Assembly (NCBI GenBank): GCA_963743305.1
Contig: CAVUPH010000039.1
Coordinates: 52,913-116,912, forward strand
Origin: an uncultured delta proteobacterium
Lineage (GTDB): Bacteria > Desulfobacterota > RBG-13-43-22
Length of the DNA: 64,000 bases
Reading direction: 5' to 3'
Part shown: piece by piece, positions 58,959 to 64,000 of the stretch
Position numbering within the stretch: the stretch's first letter is position 1
Layout: each line of letters begins with the position of its first letter
Position numbers and translations under genes: made by a program
Notes under the pieces: generated by a model
The model's database searches: none
What the model was told of the DNA's origin: nothing
Seen by the model: only the letters and a program-made list of their open reading frames with translations

Positions 58959-59300
58959 ATGACAGCAACTTACGAAGATGCAAAGAAAGCGGCCGCATCG
59001 ATTAGAAAGGCTGTCGCTCCGTGTTCCGTTGTTCTTTTCGGGTCCGTGGCCCGGGAAGGGTCAGGAAATGATCTGGATTTATTGATTTTAATCGATGATC
59101 GGGAGAGAAATATTGAAGATGCCGGATCTCTCGTTCAGAATTCTCTTAAGCCGTTCTACAAAAAGTTCTCCATCGACCCCTTTGTCGTTTCTTTGTCCAA
59201 GTGGCGGGAATATCAGAAAAAAGGAAGCCCTTTTTTGCACCTCATATCCGAGAGAGGGGAGGATGCTTTTTATGAAGGATATCGTAGACGGAATGGGTAA
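58959..59300 (+). CDS. MNT nucleotidyltransferase (3' end frameshifted)
   Basis: VVLFGSVAREGSGNDLDLLIL; IDPFV. Confidence 0.75.
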   Translation: MTATYEDAKKAAASIRKAVAPCSVVLFGSVAREGSGNDLDLLILIDDRERNIEDAGSLVQNSLKPFYKKFSIDPFVVSLSKWREYQKKGSPFLHLISERGEDAFYEGYRRRNG

Positions 59301-59671
59301 AACAGGCCAGGGACGAGCTGGATATGGCCGTTTATCTTTTGCAGGGCGGGTATTTCAAAGGCGCCTGCTATCATGCGCAACAATCAGTGGAAAAAGCCAT
59401 GAAAGCGGGCCTTTTTAAAAAAGGGTGGGACCTGGAAAAGACCCATAGCGCGGCCCGCCTTGCCGCGATTGGGAAAGACCTTCGGGTAAAATTTCCCATT
59501 TCTGAAGATGAGATCGTGTTCGTCGACAGTATTTACCGGGGACGCTATCCTGCGGAAGCGGGCCTGCTGCCCCTGGGATCCCCGACACGGGAAGAAGCAG
59601 AAAAAGCAGTAAATTTGGCCGATAAATTGATTAAGAGCGTCGCCAGAAAAAGAAAAGCGATATCAGTCTAA
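59272..59671 (+). CDS. HEPN-domain protein (5' frameshift near 59290)
   Basis: W.KQARDEL..A..L...G....ACYHAQQSVEKAMKA...KTH...RYP. Confidence 0.8.
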
Positions 59672-59832
59672 TATATTCAAAAATGATGGTTTCACAAAAA
59701 GTCTCGAACCTGCCGAGGAGCAACAGATAGAACAGGAAATGTTTTCTTTTCCTTCCATCTTCCATCTTGACCAAAAATGGCTACCCCCTCTAGAAGTCGT
59801 AGACCTTGACCTGACAATGAAGGGACTGGGGA

Positions 59833-60063
59833 ATGTTTTCAAGCAAATCCCCGGTGGAGGTTTCAGAACGGGGGAAATGGTATAAGCCGCATGGCAAGGC
59901 ACCCACGGCAACCCTGGGCGGTTACGCCCGGGCTCTAAAGACGCGACTGGATATCCTCCGTAATGAACCGTTGCCGCCCGACGACGAGTTGCCGGAATTA
60001 ACTGAAAAGCAGCGTAGCCGCATCGAAGCTTTCGCCTGCAAAGGGACCACAGTCGGAGGCTGA
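59833..60063 (+). CDS. Small hypothetical protein (copy 2 of duplicated ORF)
   Basis: YARALKTRLDILRNEPLPPDDELPELTEKQRSRIEAFA. Confidence 0.45.
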   Translation: MFSSKSPVEVSERGKWYKPHGKAPTATLGGYARALKTRLDILRNEPLPPDDELPELTEKQRSRIEAFACKGTTVGG

Positions 60064-60117
60064 GCATCTTTTCTTTTGCTTCCATCTTCCATCTTCCCTC
60101 TTCCATCTTGACCTATT

Positions 60118-61334
60118 ATGGCTATCCCCACTGAAGTCATTGACCTCCTTATCTGCTGCGCCGGAGTGGACCCGGAAAAGGGCCCCAAACTGGAGGCGCT
60201 GATTTCCAAAGGAGTGGATTGGAATCTGGTCATCGAACAGGGACAGCGCCACGGGATTCTCCCCCTCCTCTACTGGTCCCTCAAGACCCATTGCCCGGAT
60301 AAAGTCCCTGATCCGATCATGAAGGAGCTGGGGGATTTTTTTCAAGCAAACGCCCGAAAGAACCTCTTTGCCATCAGCGAACTGCTCCGAATCCTCAGCC
60401 TTCTAGAAGAGAAAGGTATCAAGGCCATCCCTTTCAAAGGCCCGGTGCTGACTTCAATGCTTTATGGAAATCCGGCCTTAAGGTGTTATGGAGACTTGGA
60501 TATCCTGATCTCCAAAACGGATTTTCTTTTGGCCAAAGAAATCCTTATGTAAAAACGAATATTTTCCCGACAATACCTTTTGATTCACCCCCACAGAGGC
60601 CATGATCTTCCGCGCTAATTGCGAGTATAGTTTCTTCAGATCCTATCCGGAAGTTCACTTGGAGATTCATTGGGGAATTGCCCCTTCTTGGTTTTTTACT
60701 TCCCCTGACTACGAACCCTGGTGGGATCAGGTTGAACGGATATCACTGGGGGGTGAAAATATTTCATCGTTTTCCGTTGAAATTTTGCTTATTTTGCTCT
60801 GTGTCCATGGCGCCAAGCACCTTTGGTTAAAACTGAAATGGATCAGCGACTTGGCCAGGTTAATTCAAATTCGAAAAATAAATTGGCTCCTATCTAATGG
60901 AACAGGCTTCGCGCTTGAAGTGCCAACGCATGATCTACCTCGGACTCCTTTTAGCCAAACAACTTTTAGACGCACCTGTCCCAATCCACGTCATTAACAA
61001 TATAGAGAAGGACGATTTATCGGTGCGCTTGTCCCGTGAAGTCCAAGAAAGCTATTATTCTAATGATCAGCCTGGGATTATGGTTTCCAGCATCTTTTTA
61101 GCAAAAGTTCAAGATGGGTGGCTTAATCGGTTCCGAGTTTGTTTAGGCCTATGCCTAACCCCTACGATGGTTGAACGGGAATCATTCCCTCTTCCAGAAT
61201 ACCTTCATTCTTTTTATTATCTCTACAGGCCAATACGGCTCATAAGAAAATATGCTTGTGAGTCTTTATTAAAAAAGCCCGACTCCCAAGGAAAATCCAT
61301 TACCGGAACTTGGCGGAAGAGAGCCAGGATTTAG
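60118..61334 (+). CDS. Uncharacterised nucleotidyltransferase family protein (NTP_transf_5-like; two frameshifts)
   Basis: DW..V...H.I.PLL; PFKGPVL...Y....LR..GDLDILI; LEIHW; LCVHGAKH.W..LKW..D. Confidence 0.75.
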
Positions 61335-61661
61335 TATACCGGCATCCTTCGAAAGCTGACCTTCAGGGACGGCAGATAAGGCGTGACGCGCGCCCTTCAA
61401 TCCAAAGGGTTCCTATGGTTGAAAGAAACAAATCAAGGGAAGTTTGAGGATCTAGAATAAGAGGTTCCGACAGAATCCGAAGTTTCGGATAAGCCTTTTC
61501 TCAATAAAAAAGAGGTTTCGGAATCATACCGCAAGATCGTCTTGTCTCCAAATACTTCGCTCCACATTCGTCAAGATTTTCACTGACCTTAGCGGTCGCA
61601 TTAATCTTAACTCTTACTCTCGTCTGGGCGTTTTCTTTACGTCCCCTTCGCCTCAAAATCG

Positions 61662-62645
61662 GTGAATATTATTACACCCGGGGAAGCATGTATAAGGCAC
61701 TCAATTGGTATGGAAGAAGTCGTTAGAAAGAACACATTCATTCTTAATCATGATGGACCAGACTATATGAGTCGTAGAGAGGATCTGACCAAACTTCATT
61801 CGGTTCTTTCCCTATCATTTGAGACAAATTTCAACAAAATTGTCAATCTTTTTGGGTATGACAAGATTATAAATCCAAGATCCCAAATGATGGACCCGAA
61901 CTACCTACTAATGGATATAAATCCTTTGGTTGATGATGAAACAAAAGAAAGATTTTATAGATTAAGAGACAATTTGAATACTTTCTCTAATATTTCAAGT
62001 TATTATATAGACCTATTTAAAAACGATCCGATTAGCATTAAACTGGACTATCTTAATTTTATGGGCGAATTCCTTACGGCTATAATCAAGGAAGCCGAAA
62101 AACATTTTATATCCGCTGATTCAATATATGAAAAGATGGCAATTTCTTATCCGGAAATTTCAATTTCTATAAATAAAAGAAGAAATAGAATTTTACCCAT
62201 GGTGGTCAACGAATTCTTTGGTCTTTATCCTACTTTCAACAAAATAAATAATGCCCACGTCCTTATTGACAAAGAATTCCCACTTATTATCACAGGTATT
62301 ACTCCAGGCCCAGGCAATTATTTAGAATACAACAATCAACCTGTCCGAATCGTAAGCCAGAAATATCCAATGCCACAATTTAAGATCCTTGGAGAAGTAT
62401 TGGGACCGATTAAGACAAGCTGCATTTTACCCCGGGTAGTTTTCTGGGGGAAAAGTGGGTATTTAGGAGAGACCGTGTCCAAATATTCCGTTAATGGCAA
62501 GTTTGATATCAATTTCTCATTTTCGATTCCCGATGGAACCATTGATGTAACTCCAAGGATTACGTTTGATGCATCCTGTTTTCGCCAGGGGCAAAGAATT
62601 CTAGTAGAAAACTTTTTCTGGTCTTCGCGGAAAAATATTAACTGA
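61662..62645 (+). CDS. Hypothetical protein, AT-rich
   Basis: 327-aa ORF with markedly AT-rich codons inside the polysaccharide locus; no recognised motif. Confidence 0.5.
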   Translation: MNIITPGEACIRHSIGMEEVVRKNTFILNHDGPDYMSRREDLTKLHSVLSLSFETNFNKIVNLFGYDKIINPRSQMMDPNYLLMDINPLVDDETKERFYRLRDNLNTFSNISSYYIDLFKNDPISIKLDYLNFMGEFLTAIIKEAEKHFISADSIYEKMAISYPEISISINKRRNRILPMVVNEFFGLYPTFNKINNAHVLIDKEFPLIITGITPGPGNYLEYNNQPVRIVSQKYPMPQFKILGEVLGPIKTSCILPRVVFWGKSGYLGETVSKYSVNGKFDINFSFSIPDGTIDVTPRITFDASCFRQGQRILVENFFWSSRKNIN

Positions 62646-62884
62646 TGATTGGCACGATGTCGAATGGAATTCATCGGTTAATCCTAAGGTACTCTTGATC
62701 GAGGTTAATTGAATTTTAGTAACAAACTGCCCCCCCTATACAGATGGTCATGGACAGCAAACGAATCGTATGGACGTATCGCAGAATCGGATTATTCGCC
62801 TCGCGGAGGGAAAGCCAATTGGACGGTTCCGCCTTAAATGCCCACGGAAAACTTCCCCCGGACAAAATGCCGAAAGATTTTTGA

Positions 62885-64000
62885 ATGATAGACAAAATAT
62901 CTAAATCTCCAACTCTTTCCTTGAACCCCTTTAAGAAAAATATTGCTGCCAATTTTGCCGGAAGTATCTGGCAGGCCCTCATGGGTTTGGTTTTCATCCC
63001 TCTCTATATTAATTTCATGGGAATCGAATCTTATGGTTTGTTAGGCATATTTGCTACACTTCAAGTCACATTTGGACTTTTAGACGTAGGATTAGGTAGT
63101 ACATTAACCCGTGAAATGGCACGGCTTTCAGTCTTGCCGCATAAAGAGCAAGAAATGCGTAATCTTGTCCGCACATTAGAAACGCTTTATTGGAGCGTTG
63201 CTGTTTTTGTCGGAATTGCAATGGTTTCATTATCACCATTTATTGCCCATCACTGGATCAAAGCAGGACATTTATCTCCTAAAACTATCCAACATGCTCT
63301 CCTAATCATGGGATTCGTAATGGTTTTCCAGATGCCAATCGGGTTTTACTCCGGAGGTTTGATGGGGTTACAAAAACAGGTTCTGGTTAACGTAATCAAT
63401 GTGTGTATGAGCACATTACGCGGTACTGCGGCTGTCTTGATTTTATGGCTGGTTTCTCCAACCATTCAGGCCTTTTTAATATGGCAAATAGTCATCAGCA
63501 TTGCAAACGCCTTTTTATTAGCTCTGTTTCTATGGCGCAACCTGCCGCAGAGTGAGAATAAAACAGTTTTCCAAAAGAAACTCCTTAAAGGCATTTGGAG
63601 GTTTACTGCTGGCATGAGTGGGATATCTATCCTTGCGGTAATTCTGACTCAGCTTGATAAGATTATATTAAGCAAAATACTCTCCCTTGAGATGTTCGGT
63701 TATTACATGCTGGCCAGTTTGGTGGCAATGAGCCTCTCACGCCTTTTTACTCCAGTTTTCTTGAGTATTTATCCCACATTTACTCAGTTAGTCTCTATAA
63801 ATAATCAGGAGGAATTAATACAAATTTACCATAAAAGCTGTCAATTTATCGCAGTTTTAATCCTCCCTGTTGCAACAATTATCGCTTTTTTTTCTTACGA
63901 AGTAATTCTTCTTTGGACACAGAGCCCGACAACTGCTGAAGAAGCCCATGTCATATTAAGCATACTGATTTGTGGTACTGCACTTAACGGCATAATGAAT
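62885..64000 (+). CDS. wzx: Wzx-type polysaccharide flippase (3'-truncated by window; absent from ORF track)
   Basis: MIDKISK...KKNIAANFAGSIWQALMGLVFIPLYINFMGIESYGLLG...LDVGLGSTLTREMAR...QLDKIILSKILSLEMFGYY; multiple TM helices; frame open to the window end. Confidence 0.85.
   Translation, partial: MIDKISKSPTLSLNPFKKNIAANFAGSIWQALMGLVFIPLYINFMGIESYGLLGIFATLQVTFGLLDVGLGSTLTREMARLSVLPHKEQEMRNLVRTLETLYWSVAVFVGIAMVSLSPFIAHHWIKAGHLSPKTIQHALLIMGFVMVFQMPIGFYSGGLMGLQKQVLVNVINVCMSTLRGTAAVLILWLVSPTIQAFLIWQIVISIANAFLLALFLWRNLPQSENKTVFQKKLLKGIWRFTAGMSGISILAVILTQLDKIILSKILSLEMFGYYMLASLVAMSLSRLFTPVFLSIYPTFTQLVSINNQEELIQIYHKSCQFIAVLILPVATIIAFFSYEVILLWTQSPTTAEEAHVILSILICGTALNGIMN

Noticed and set aside
55302-60063. 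Integron cassette array
   Set aside because: No intI in the window and no recurring GTTRRRY/RYYYAAC attC structure between the genes that I could identify.

Overview
A bacterial chromosomal segment whose gene set and intergenic palindromes suggest Desulfobacterota/Syntrophales-type deltaproteobacteria (inference). Many genes are split by 1-nt indels, most likely sequencing or assembly errors. Left end: two large secreted surface proteins. 4.8-32 kb: a phosphate-starvation island with two convergent pst operons plus phoU, a methyltransferase-PSD-PHP/GT4-phoH operon, an OlsF-like ornithine-lipid synthase, two secreted metallophosphoesterases, a degenerate HMA2-fused P-type ATPase and a zinc-ribbon/HMA2 pair. 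At least seven promoters here carry 11-bp-periodic Pho-box-like repeats 14-16 nt before a -10 element. 35.8-41.8 kb holds the best candidate for an undescribed system. It is a ferrosome-like operon encoding a DUF5132/GxxxG protein, an HMA2 membrane protein, a 22-mer amphipathic-repeat protein and a MetK paralogue that has lost its methionine-binding residues. Its HMA2-fused ATPase is P2A (Ca-type), not P1B-6. Next come pyrF, a sigma54-driven GcvH-like protein, a GltD-Fdh fusion lacking the Cys/Sec ligand, an AIR-synthase-like gene and a PilZ gene. The right end is an RfaH/ops-controlled polysaccharide locus (wzm, fcl, wzz, wzx) interrupted by an array of VapBC and MNT-HEPN toxin-antitoxin genes. 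No rRNA, tRNA, CRISPR array or intact transposase was seen. All family calls come from motif recognition by eye, not database searches.
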